From the sequence record NC_031127.1: 64,000 nucleotides of DNA. One strand, written 5' to 3'. The position numbers and the translations under genes are program-made. Below are positions 44,146 through 53,871 of the stretch, piece after piece (position 1 is the stretch's first letter; each line of letters starts with the position of its first letter). The notes beneath the pieces are model-generated. The model did no database searches. It was not told where the DNA came from and saw only the letters and a program-made list of their open reading frames with translations.

Positions 44146-45924
44146 TTAAAACCCTTGTGCGTATTCTTCAGCAGGTTCACTGTTGGCCACACGACGGTTA
44201 AACACCTCCAACACGTCATCCTTATCCGGTAACAGGAAGAAGGTGTTGGCAATGTCCATGGCATTCACACGACCGGCTGTCAGGTTCACACCGGTACGAC
44301 GACGTACCTCTTCAGACACCCCATTGATGAACAGCAGTTCAAAGATGGTGGTTTCACGAGACTGGTTCATCATGTTGGTCGCTGACGGATAAGCCTGTGT
44401 CAAGTCCGCATCTGCCGTCTGACCACGGAAGGCAGAATAGAACTGTGGCAGCTCCTTCAAGACATCCAACCCGTTCTCGGCATTCATACACGCCGTTAAC
44501 GTGACGATCCAACCGTCTGTCCCGATAACCTCCTCATCGTAGTTGTTACGCATCTCTGCACCCACACTGCCCGCCACGTAGCCTTGGGCTAACAGGTAGT
44601 AGGTGAAGGCGATACAGATACGCTTCGGTAACGACGGGAAGATGTCGTACATCGAGTAACCGGCCAAAATCGTTATCGCTGAGGAAAGGTCGTTGGTTTT
44701 CTTATCCAACAAGACAATCATCAGGTTATCGAAGATGTTATAGACACAATATTCCAACGGGAACTCTCGTTGGGCTTTTAAGTGCCAATCCAGTTTCTCC
44801 TCGTACGGCAATCCCGGTATGTCAAGTTTGTTCAGGCCCAGCTCTGAATCCAGAATCGCATTCAGTTTATAGCTGGGTCGCTGACCCTCATGCACACGCA
44901 GGGAGCGGAACAACACCATGGCATCCACGCAGAAGAACGACGCCATACAGTACAAGACGTGCCACTGCTGGCTCGGTGCTTTGGTAAGCGACTTGGACTC
45001 CGTCTTCTTCGACGCCAAATCTTTCTTGAACCACACCTTACGGTACTGCCTTGGCACATCCGGGTGACAGAACACGTCTTCCGGCTCGATACAGCCACGC
45101 TCTAACGCTTCCATCATACGGGTGATATCGAACTCGTGGTTCCATGCCACTAACAGGTCAGGCAGACGTGGGTGAATCTCTTCAAACATACGGACGATAC
45201 ATTGCGCCGAGTCTAAGCACTCGTAAGTGAAGATTTTGTAATCGGCAATGACGTTCTTCACTTTGACTTCGGTTTCGCCCGTCTTTTTATTTTTTTCTCT
45301 GAACTCAATCTTGCTCAGCAGTTCCTGCGCTTTGGCAACCAGGCGGTTATCCCAGTTCTTGCCGATACGCGCCACGTAATCCTTCGTGCAGAACATGTGA
45401 ATTTCATCGTCCAGTACAAAGGACATGATCCACGGGTCACGCGATTTGTCTTCTTCGCGTGTTTCTACGTCGTAGACACAGATGCGGTTCGGTGTGGTGC
45501 AGTCTTTGTACTTCGCCATGTACTTCTGTTTAATCCAGCTAGTGACCGGTAAGTCCGCCAGATAAACAAACGGGCTAGTACAGACCTGACGAAGACGCTT
45601 CTTCGGATCAGGGAAACGGGCACCCAGACCCATTTGCAATGTCTTGGCCATTAACGCATCGGTCGTCAATAACTCCTGACAACGCGACTTCAATTCGAAC
45701 TCTTTCTTTTCCTTGTGATTACGGTACGGCTCTTGCGTCACGTACACCGGACGCTTCACATTTTCACGCAGCTGAATACGCGGAATAAGCCGTCCATCCT
45801 TAGTATGGATGACCTCTTTAATGAGGACTAAGTCGTTTTCTCCGCTTTCGTCAGTGGCATAAGCGACGTGCTTACACTCCTTCGCTATGACGTCATCGGG
45901 GCTGAAATACATGTTGGTTTCCAT
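44146..45924 (-). CDS. split family-B DNA polymerase, 3'-5' exonuclease + motif A subunit (phiKZ gp82-like)
   Basis: ExoI YDVETRE, ExoII AWNHEFDI, ExoIII YNIFD, motif A DADLTQAYPS near the C-terminus. Confidence 0.88.
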   Translation of the reverse strand: METNMYFSPDDVIAKECKHVAYATDESGENDLVLIKEVIHTKDGRLIPRIQLRENVKRPVYVTQEPYRNHKEKKEFELKSRCQELLTTDALMAKTLQMGLGARFPDPKKRLRQVCTSPFVYLADLPVTSWIKQKYMAKYKDCTTPNRICVYDVETREEDKSRDPWIMSFVLDDEIHMFCTKDYVARIGKNWDNRLVAKAQELLSKIEFREKNKKTGETEVKVKNVIADYKIFTYECLDSAQCIVRMFEEIHPRLPDLLVAWNHEFDITRMMEALERGCIEPEDVFCHPDVPRQYRKVWFKKDLASKKTESKSLTKAPSQQWHVLYCMASFFCVDAMVLFRSLRVHEGQRPSYKLNAILDSELGLNKLDIPGLPYEEKLDWHLKAQREFPLEYCVYNIFDNLMIVLLDKKTNDLSSAITILAGYSMYDIFPSLPKRICIAFTYYLLAQGYVAGSVGAEMRNNYDEEVIGTDGWIVTLTACMNAENGLDVLKELPQFYSAFRGQTADADLTQAYPSATNMMNQSRETTIFELLFINGVSEEVRRRTGVNLTAGRVNAMDIANTFFLLPDKDDVLEVFNRRVANSEPAEEYAQGF

Positions 45925-45996
45925 CGGTTCTCTCTCATCGATCCGCCTCTATATTGATCGGTGGTGACGTAAAAACTTTTTAAAGGAACGTCTGAT

Positions 45997-47355
45997 ATGG
46001 GCTACTGGTCTAAGCACGCACAGAGCGTGAAAGAACTCAAGCGTGTTGCCGCTGAGTCAATTAAGTTTCAAGATAAGAAAAAACTGGCATCACTCGCCGA
46101 TATCGTTGCTAAGTTCCAGGCTGCGGGGGATTTCTCCGTGGCTGCATACGACACCTCCGGTATCAAAGAGTGGATTCAGAAAAACCACGGCATTGGCGTC
46201 GTCTTCACAAACGGGGCTGAACTGGGTCTGGAGTCGGAACTGTTTGCGGCGATTCAACCGCCACAGATTGATGCCAACAACCCGATTGTGGCGCAATTCC
46301 ACCGTGTGGTGTATCAGGGCAATAAAGACCTTGACCTGTACAGCAAGTTTATCAAAGACAACGAGCTGAATGGCGAGTTCGATGATAACAACGCGGTACT
46401 GAAAGGCGACCTGTCGAAAATCACCTCACCGCTTTACGTGACCCCACCGATCTTCAATGGTCGTGCCGAACTGACCGCGTATGAAATCGCCGCCATCATT
46501 CTGCACGAAGTGGGCCACGTCTACTATTACCTGCGTACGCTGATGCGTGGTGTGATAGTGAACCTGTTGGCGGATGCCGCGGCAAACCGCATGATGGAGA
46601 TGGATTCACCGCAAGAGAAACTGCGCGTAGTCAAAGACGTTGAACGTATCCTCGATACGAAAATCAACCAGCCGGAGACTATCTGTGACTCGTTCAAAAA
46701 AGAAAACATCTACATGCACCTCGTTACCCAGACACTGCTTGAGCGTCCGAACATCACCGGCGGTAAAGGGTTTGGTAACCGTAGCTGGGAACGTGCTGCC
46801 GATGACTTCTCTGCCCGAATGGGTGCTGCGCCTTACCTTGCGTCCGCGCTCTACAAGATGGAAATGAGCCAGTGGTGGATTCTGCGTCATAACTCGTACA
46901 CCAACATCTATACGCACCTGTTTGGCGAACTGCTGAACATGGCGGTGTTGATTGTGGGTGCAACTACACCATTCGGTATTGTGTATGCCTCGGTGATGGT
47001 TGCGTTCGGGTTAATCATCAACGACCCGGAAAACACCATTTACGATCCACCGCAGGAACGCTTCGAAACGCTGCGTCGCAATCTGGTCGAGGAACTGAAT
47101 GTCCTCAAAGGGTTGAACACCAAAGCCGCGAACGAACAACGTCAGCGTTGTTTGGACGGTATTGCCGGGCTTGACCAGATTCTGAAGACGGTCAAGGATA
47201 AAGATAACATCTATGCCTTCATCATGAAAACCTTGACGCCTGCGGGTCGTAAGGAACGTGCCGCGGTAGACTACCAGCGTGCCCTTGAAGGCTATATGTC
47301 CAACGACCTGCGTGTTGCCTCTGCGAAGATGTCTCAGCTGGCCAACGCTAAATAA
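45997..47355 (+). CDS. virion protein with an M48-like zinc metalloprotease motif
   Basis: ILHEVGH (HExxH), ERAADDFSARMGAAPYLASALYKM, hydrophobic segment. Confidence 0.7.
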   Translation: MGYWSKHAQSVKELKRVAAESIKFQDKKKLASLADIVAKFQAAGDFSVAAYDTSGIKEWIQKNHGIGVVFTNGAELGLESELFAAIQPPQIDANNPIVAQFHRVVYQGNKDLDLYSKFIKDNELNGEFDDNNAVLKGDLSKITSPLYVTPPIFNGRAELTAYEIAAIILHEVGHVYYYLRTLMRGVIVNLLADAAANRMMEMDSPQEKLRVVKDVERILDTKINQPETICDSFKKENIYMHLVTQTLLERPNITGGKGFGNRSWERAADDFSARMGAAPYLASALYKMEMSQWWILRHNSYTNIYTHLFGELLNMAVLIVGATTPFGIVYASVMVAFGLIINDPENTIYDPPQERFETLRRNLVEELNVLKGLNTKAANEQRQRCLDGIAGLDQILKTVKDKDNIYAFIMKTLTPAGRKERAAVDYQRALEGYMSNDLRVASAKMSQLANAK

Positions 47356-47379
47356 CTTGATTACTGACAAGGTAAAATC

Positions 47380-47820
47380 ATGACGCATAAACTTTCTCTG
47401 AATTCCCTCGTGCTCGACTTCAAACGCGACAACGAAGGGAAAGGTGTGCAGGGCTCACAGGCACTGACCGCACTGGTGGCTTTCACGTTGGCTTACTCCG
47501 TCCGTTTGCCGGACAACGGCGCATACGGCTCTACAGAAGCCGCACAGGCGTTCCTCGTACCTATCATGAAGAACATCGTCTCGGATGTGAACGAGTTGTA
47601 CTGCGTTGACCTCGGTACCGTGCTGGACTTGACCTCTGCACTGTACTGCAACCGTTACGACAACGTCTGGGGTGGTCGCCGTGCGCTGGATGCGTTCTCA
47701 CCGAAAGCCGTCATTGACGAAGCGTACGGTGTGGATTGCTACCCGACCGTTCAACTGTGGGCTGAGCGTTTCTTCGAAACCGTTGGCTTCTACATCAGCG
47801 AAACAACTCAGAAGGCGTAA
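47380..47820 (+). CDS. probable virion protein
   Basis: 146 aa, AAGG SD, in the structural operon. Confidence 0.7.
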   Translation: MTHKLSLNSLVLDFKRDNEGKGVQGSQALTALVAFTLAYSVRLPDNGAYGSTEAAQAFLVPIMKNIVSDVNELYCVDLGTVLDLTSALYCNRYDNVWGGRRALDAFSPKAVIDEAYGVDCYPTVQLWAERFFETVGFYISETTQKA

Positions 47821-47823
47821 ACC

Positions 47824-49581
47824 ATGACCAGCATGACCGAAGTAGGTGGGCTGGTCTCTACCGCCCCACAGTGGCGTCTCGGTGAAATGGGCAACCTGCT
47901 CCAAGAGCACATGAACCACAAGATTGGCAGCCTCGACCAGCTAAACTTGTACATGCAGCGTAACGACGCTGACTTGCTCTACGGTAGCCGTATCCTTGCG
48001 CAGGTGGAAGCCATTCTGGATGATGTCCGCCGCCATGGGATTTCACGCGACCTTGCGGTTGCCGTGGAGTCTACCCGTCCGGGCACCATTCCAAAGAACG
48101 TGCAGAAAATCCTGACTTCCAACTACACCGGTACCCATCAACAGGAAACGGTTGCGGCACTGGAGTCGTGGAAAGAAGCCGGGCGTATGGGCCTCATTAT
48201 TCTGGTACTGACCGCCATCCTGAAAATCATCAGTTGGATTGTGGAGTCGGGCAAAGGGTATAAAGGTAACACCAACCCGAAAACTGCCGCAGACAAAGTC
48301 GAAGAATACAAAACCAAGACTGACGAGAAATGGCAAGCCGCCGCCGAAACACCTCCTCCGGCTCCGAAGTCCGTTAAGCCGGATGACTGGAAGCGTGAGT
48401 ATGAGTCGCTGGCAGATACCCTGACCTGCGCGTCTGTCAAAGCCGCGTATCTCGACGCTACCAAAGAGCTGTCCAGTCGTAGTCTGTCACAACTGACTGC
48501 GGCCGCACTGCGTTACGACGCGTTGATTAAGAACGCCAACGCAAGCGATTACGTGGACACGGTGACAGCGGTCTCTGGCCGTAACCCTATCGTACCCCTG
48601 CTGAAAGACGTGGCTTCGGGTGAGAAAGGGGCCGGGTCTGTCGGTGGTCTGGTCGCTGAACTGCTGCGCATGAACGTATCCGAAGGTATCTTCACACCGC
48701 AGGCTGCGGCGAAAGCATATTCGATGTTGCCAAAAGGCATGCACGAAGCAGGCGTTCGTATTCCTAACGAATCTGTCTTCCGCATGATGGCTAACCGTGC
48801 ACCAGAACTGAACAACTTCTTCCAAGCTGCCGGTAAAGGGTTCGATGCGCTGTCTTCGATGATGTCGCAGAAGCACGAGCAGAACAAATGGAATGACGAC
48901 GACCTGCACAAGCCGGGAACGGAATTTGCCCACGCGATGCGTTTCCTCAACGACTACCTTGCTACCGTAATTCCGGTCGTGAAAGGCGGGAAGTTCACTG
49001 CGGAAACCTCCCCGACAATTGCTGTGGTTGGCACACTGTCTGGCGGTGGCTTAATCGGTTACGACGAGCCTACGGAATTCCTCGGTAACACGGTGTTGGT
49101 GTGCGCGCAGTACGGTGCCTACCTGAACAGCAGCTTCCTCTCTTCCTACACAGAACGCCGTGGGTTGAACGATGACGAGGCAGGCGGTGTCTTGCAGGCA
49201 TTGGTGGTCATGGCCAACGGCCTGTCAACGAACAGTGGCGTCACAAACTTCAACGCGTACAGCAAGATGGAAGGTGAGGTGAAGACCCTCATCGACCGTA
49301 TTCAGTCGTGGGAGAAGTCCATGTCCCGTAGCCGTGAAGGCGCACATGCGTTGCAGGTGATTGGCGCAGGTCTGCTCAGCGTGATGATGGAAGAACGTTC
49401 CGACAGCCTGAATATGGGCCGTGAACTGTCAGCGGATTACAAAGACCAAGGCTCCGGTGATTTCTGGATGGGTCTGCGTAAGAACCTGAACTACATCCGT
49501 CGTATCTGCATGGGTACGGTTGGGATGCAGAACATCATCAGTAAAAGCCAGAACAACCCGTTCATCAAAGGCAAAAATTAA
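47824..49581 (+). CDS. probable head/ejection protein
   Basis: ALES-WKE processing-like site followed by a hydrophobic helix, as in jumbo-phage internal head proteins. Confidence 0.65.
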   Translation: MTSMTEVGGLVSTAPQWRLGEMGNLLQEHMNHKIGSLDQLNLYMQRNDADLLYGSRILAQVEAILDDVRRHGISRDLAVAVESTRPGTIPKNVQKILTSNYTGTHQQETVAALESWKEAGRMGLIILVLTAILKIISWIVESGKGYKGNTNPKTAADKVEEYKTKTDEKWQAAAETPPPAPKSVKPDDWKREYESLADTLTCASVKAAYLDATKELSSRSLSQLTAAALRYDALIKNANASDYVDTVTAVSGRNPIVPLLKDVASGEKGAGSVGGLVAELLRMNVSEGIFTPQAAAKAYSMLPKGMHEAGVRIPNESVFRMMANRAPELNNFFQAAGKGFDALSSMMSQKHEQNKWNDDDLHKPGTEFAHAMRFLNDYLATVIPVVKGGKFTAETSPTIAVVGTLSGGGLIGYDEPTEFLGNTVLVCAQYGAYLNSSFLSSYTERRGLNDDEAGGVLQALVVMANGLSTNSGVTNFNAYSKMEGEVKTLIDRIQSWEKSMSRSREGAHALQVIGAGLLSVMMEERSDSLNMGRELSADYKDQGSGDFWMGLRKNLNYIRRICMGTVGMQNIISKSQNNPFIKGKN

Positions 49582-49628
49582 AATAAAAAGACCTACTCTC
49601 CTTCGGGAGAGTAGGCTTTCTTTTTTTA
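49582..49628. terminator. bidirectional terminator
   Basis: CCTACTCTCC-TTCG-GGAGAGTAGG flanked by A and T tracts. Confidence 0.78.
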
Positions 49629-52574
49629 TACCGGCGCAGTATCGTGACGGTTGTAGCTTGCAACAATGTCGTCTTTCAGACCGACACGGCCGTTAGCCTC
49701 AATCACCAACTTCTTACCGACAGTGACCTGTGTGGCATCGGACATGACCGTAAACAGACGCATGTCTTGGTCAGGCCCCATCCCACCCACTACCACACCC
49801 AAGATGGTGTCTTTTAACGCATCTTGCAGGGCTTCACCCAACGCCACCGCAGACACGGTGCTGTTGTTAATCAGGTACTGACTGATAACCTCAGAGGTCT
49901 TCTTCTGGATGGCTTTAATCAAGTCCGCATTCTGACGGTTCACCGCAGTCAGGTAATAGCTTACCGTGAACTGTTGCTCAGCAGGGATTGGTGTAATGGC
50001 ACCGTTCTCCGTGCGGGCATCGATGTACCCCATGGTGGTGATAGGCACGAAGTACGCATCGGTACGCTCCAACAGCAGCGGGGTCAGTTGTGGCATGTTC
50101 ACCGTGATTTGGTTGATCATGTAATCAACCACCGATTGGCGGTACGCCGCCACTTCATCACTGTCTGCAAACAGGTAACGGGCATCAAAGACCGCCATCT
50201 CGTTACGGAACCGGATGCTGCGTGGACGGTCAATCACGGAGTTACCGTCACTGTCCTTCACCAACGTCCCTTTCTCGTGCAACACTTCCTGTACCCCGTT
50301 ATCATCAAGCACCGGGTCACCTTTACGGTGTTTGTACGTCAACTGCAACGGCGGTGTTTTGGCTGCGTCGTACGTGTACTCAGGCACACCACGCTCGTTC
50401 GTCTTCACCACATCCGCCTCGTAGAACTTCAGCACATCGGCTTCGTAATACTTGTAGTTGATGCTGTCGGTGATAGGACGGGCTTTACGCCAGTATGCGG
50501 TTAAGGCTTTACCCAGTTCGATTTTGAAAATCTCATGGGTGATGCCAATCGCATCACGAGACGGAGCCACAATCAGGGTGTCCATGTTCGCCCGTTCGTA
50601 GTTCTTCGGATAGTACCCTGTACAGCCATAGAAGATGTTGAAGTCTTCAGTCAGGCTAACCGGGATATTCACCGTTGACGACGACGTGGTGCGGGTGTTG
50701 GTGATAATCATCTCATCGTTACGGTCAACGTCAAGATTGGTCTCCAACAGGAACTCCCACACACGCTCACTGCCCTGCTTACCAACGAGTGTCCCCTGAA
50801 CCCATGCGAGGCTTTCAGAGTTACGCGGTTGGAAGGAGAGTTGGGCGAACACCTGTCCATCGTCCAGTGCTTGGTACGGGGATTCCGACTTGGTCACTGT
50901 GCGCAGGACATAACCTTGGTCGGTCATCAGAATCTGATAGTCGGCCGTGACCACACTCAGTTCAGTTGTGATATTGGTGCTGATGAAGCGCTTCGACACG
51001 AGGCTCGGACGGTCAAGCTGGTAGATACGCACGTCGATGGAGTTGTTGTTGATGTCCAGCACGTAATGGAATGGCGTGAAGAGATACGAACCACCATTCC
51101 CCGCATTCACCAAATCCTCTTTACGCATGGTCTTCAACAGTTCCGTCATCGTGGTTTCCACCGACAACGTGCTACCGTCAAACTTGTACAGCGTATTCGG
51201 CAGTACGGTCATACGGTTATCATTGATACGCACGGTCGAGAGATTCGACAACTCATCCCAGCTGAAGTACAACGCCGATGTCACCGAACCAATCGGCGAG
51301 CTGACGTTCTTCAGGGTGGACGCCGGTAACGGGGCTGACATCAGATACGTACGACTGGTGACATAGTCGATAGCGTTCTGAAGGGTCAGGTTGAAGTCGG
51401 CCGCCACGGCGGTCAGTTGCTTCTCCGTAATCGGTGCTTGACGTAAGCCCACGGCGTTATTCACCACACGGTCGCGCAGTTCCGTAAACGGCAATTCTGC
51501 TCGTCCGCCAGACGTCACACCCACACCGCTCTCTGCCACTATCTGGAAGATAGAGAAGTTACGCAGGGGGTTCACGTAAGACGCGTCGTATTCCCCGTTC
51601 AGGTCACGGAAGTCCCATGAGAACTGGTCAGTGGCATAGCTGGACAAATCCACTCTCAGCACACCCATGGTGGTGTAGACGTCCATACGCACTTCACCTG
51701 ATACCAAACCGGTGGTCAGGTAAATAGAAGGAATGGTACAACGAATGTTCTGGCCCACAACCTGAATGACCGCAGTGGCCACATTCGGGTCATACACGTC
51801 ACGGCTGTGCGTGTGCGGAATCTCCACCCAACCGGTACCAGCAGCATCACGTTGCCAGACACGGGCGTAAAAGAAGCTGTTGGTGAAGCTGCGGATGATT
51901 TGCAGTTCGTTCGTCCCGACGGTGGTGTCGGTGTGGCTCTTGACGTCGTACTGCTTCACCGGAATCTTGATACGCAACAGAATCGAGTTAGTGGATGGGG
52001 ATGAACCCAAGTCCCATTCGAGGGCGTTGGTAGAAACCGGAGCAATCGGTGATTGTGTCTCGGTAATCCACAGCACTTCGAAAGCCGGGTTGTCCGGTGT
52101 CCCGTATGGCAACACACGAATCTCAATCGGGTATTGAATCGAGAAGGTGTAGCCGGACACTTTGAAGACGGTGTCGCGTGGGATAACCAGTTTGCGCACA
52201 CCGGCGTAAACCAGCGGCATGGCTTTGCTCAGTAACGAGTCCACGTCGATAATCAACTGGAGTTCGGCACCCGACGGCTGTGAGAACACATCGACGTAAT
52301 CCACATCCGACATGTGGCGGAAGAGGTCGTCCATGGTCTGAGCCTGAGACGGGTATGTTTTCGGTACTGTTGCCCGACACCCTTCAATCGCAGTGTGTGC
52401 CAACATCACACCGGCTTCGGCTAAGAAGACCACGGGGTCAGTTGGGCTGCGAAGGGTAATGGAGGCGGCGTTGTCGCTGACGTTTTGGAGCTGCTTTAAT
52501 AACAGCGTCTGCATCGCGGCGGGGTTATGCGCCAACAGCAACATATTCGATGCCAGCTTATCATAAGTGTCCAT
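49626..52574 (-). CDS. large virion structural protein, probably baseplate wedge (phiKZ gp87-like)
   Basis: 982 aa, beta-rich; ELRDRVVNNAVGLRQAPITEKQL resembles baseplate-J/gp6 patterns; synteny. Confidence 0.6.
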   Translation of the reverse strand: MDTYDKLASNMLLLAHNPAAMQTLLLKQLQNVSDNAASITLRSPTDPVVFLAEAGVMLAHTAIEGCRATVPKTYPSQAQTMDDLFRHMSDVDYVDVFSQPSGAELQLIIDVDSLLSKAMPLVYAGVRKLVIPRDTVFKVSGYTFSIQYPIEIRVLPYGTPDNPAFEVLWITETQSPIAPVSTNALEWDLGSSPSTNSILLRIKIPVKQYDVKSHTDTTVGTNELQIIRSFTNSFFYARVWQRDAAGTGWVEIPHTHSRDVYDPNVATAVIQVVGQNIRCTIPSIYLTTGLVSGEVRMDVYTTMGVLRVDLSSYATDQFSWDFRDLNGEYDASYVNPLRNFSIFQIVAESGVGVTSGGRAELPFTELRDRVVNNAVGLRQAPITEKQLTAVAADFNLTLQNAIDYVTSRTYLMSAPLPASTLKNVSSPIGSVTSALYFSWDELSNLSTVRINDNRMTVLPNTLYKFDGSTLSVETTMTELLKTMRKEDLVNAGNGGSYLFTPFHYVLDINNNSIDVRIYQLDRPSLVSKRFISTNITTELSVVTADYQILMTDQGYVLRTVTKSESPYQALDDGQVFAQLSFQPRNSESLAWVQGTLVGKQGSERVWEFLLETNLDVDRNDEMIITNTRTTSSSTVNIPVSLTEDFNIFYGCTGYYPKNYERANMDTLIVAPSRDAIGITHEIFKIELGKALTAYWRKARPITDSINYKYYEADVLKFYEADVVKTNERGVPEYTYDAAKTPPLQLTYKHRKGDPVLDDNGVQEVLHEKGTLVKDSDGNSVIDRPRSIRFRNEMAVFDARYLFADSDEVAAYRQSVVDYMINQITVNMPQLTPLLLERTDAYFVPITTMGYIDARTENGAITPIPAEQQFTVSYYLTAVNRQNADLIKAIQKKTSEVISQYLINNSTVSAVALGEALQDALKDTILGVVVGGMGPDQDMRLFTVMSDATQVTVGKKLVIEANGRVGLKDDIVASYNRHDTAPV

Positions 52575-53842
52575 CAGATGAGACCTGCCCTTTTCAGAAT
52601 GCGTTGGTAATCAGATTGGTATACCCACCACGTCAGTTTCCGGCGTACCGGGTCGATGTGGGGGTAACCGTAATAGTTGAACAGTGGGAGGAACTGTGGA
52701 ATGACCTGCACCAACTGGTCGCGAGCCGTCGGTACGAAGTTACCGGTTTGCAGACTCTCTGGGGTCGGTGACATATCCGGGTTAAAGTAAGACACGGTGG
52801 CGTTAAACATCTCCATGTAAAGCGGGTCGTCGTAACGTGCCCCGATACACTGCCACTGCAACGTGATGTTGGTGTCATCGTTGCTCATCGGTTTGGAGTT
52901 ATCCACCTGTGCCTGTTGCCCGGCGTTGTTGTTCATTGGCCATGCCACGCACGCTGTCCAGAAGCGGGTGATGTTCCCCATGGGGTCGTACTTCATCCCG
53001 TACATGCGGGTTTGGTAATCGATACGGCGTTGAATCGAGTTACGAATCTTCGGCATGAACTGACCACGACGCACCCCAGACATGTACTCCAGCCACACAC
53101 TGGCCATGCGCATAATCGCATTACCGTACGGGTTGGTTAAGGTCGAGGACATGGTGTAGCCGTAGTTCACAAGGTTCGTGGAATCGACCATCCCCCACTG
53201 CTCACGTAACAGCCCCTCGTCCGACATCCAGTTATCCACGGACTCATCCGGCATCCCCGACAAGCTAATCAGCTGTGTGGAAAGCAATGGTATGAAAGCC
53301 TGTAAATTATCGAAGGGGATATCGGGCAGGAACGGGGTTCCCAACCGGTTCTTTCGTAATCCCCTTGCGGTAAGCGGCGAGTCGGAAAACCCCAGTTCGA
53401 AATCAGGGTCGAGGGCTGCCAGAATCGAATAGTCGAGAGACGACTTCGGCTGCATTGCCATGTTTGACATGCGGCGTGAATTCGAAATGTTGTCGTAGCT
53501 AAGGTTAAAATCCGGTCGGGTAAAGAAGGTCATCCCCCCGTATTCCCGGTTCACCGGCACGGGGTTGTTGGCCATCATATGGTTGAACCCCATCAAGGGG
53601 TTGGTCATACGCTGCGCAGCGATACCTAGACCGACTGACAAGCGAATGCGGTCTGCCCACACGGATAACTCATCATCGAAACTCTTCTTTTGAGTGGGAG
53701 CTGTCGATGAAGAACGACCGTCAATGTAACCCGCTAACGAGGGAACGGCATCGGAATTGTTCGGGTTTGGGACGGTATAGTCGATATCCGTATTAGGGTC
53801 GTAACCGGGATCTGTATTCTTCTTTTCAGTCTCGTCACTCAT
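52574..53842 (-). CDS. virion structural protein, tube-like baseplate component (phiKZ gp88-like)
   Basis: 422 aa, GGAG SD; WLEYM...AWP...ITLQW pattern suggests a tail-tube fold; synteny. Confidence 0.55.
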   Translation of the reverse strand: MSDETEKKNTDPGYDPNTDIDYTVPNPNNSDAVPSLAGYIDGRSSSTAPTQKKSFDDELSVWADRIRLSVGLGIAAQRMTNPLMGFNHMMANNPVPVNREYGGMTFFTRPDFNLSYDNISNSRRMSNMAMQPKSSLDYSILAALDPDFELGFSDSPLTARGLRKNRLGTPFLPDIPFDNLQAFIPLLSTQLISLSGMPDESVDNWMSDEGLLREQWGMVDSTNLVNYGYTMSSTLTNPYGNAIMRMASVWLEYMSGVRRGQFMPKIRNSIQRRIDYQTRMYGMKYDPMGNITRFWTACVAWPMNNNAGQQAQVDNSKPMSNDDTNITLQWQCIGARYDDPLYMEMFNATVSYFNPDMSPTPESLQTGNFVPTARDQLVQVIPQFLPLFNYYGYPHIDPVRRKLTWWVYQSDYQRILKRAGLI

Positions 53843-53871
53843 GAAATTTTTACTCCGGAGTAAAGTATAAA

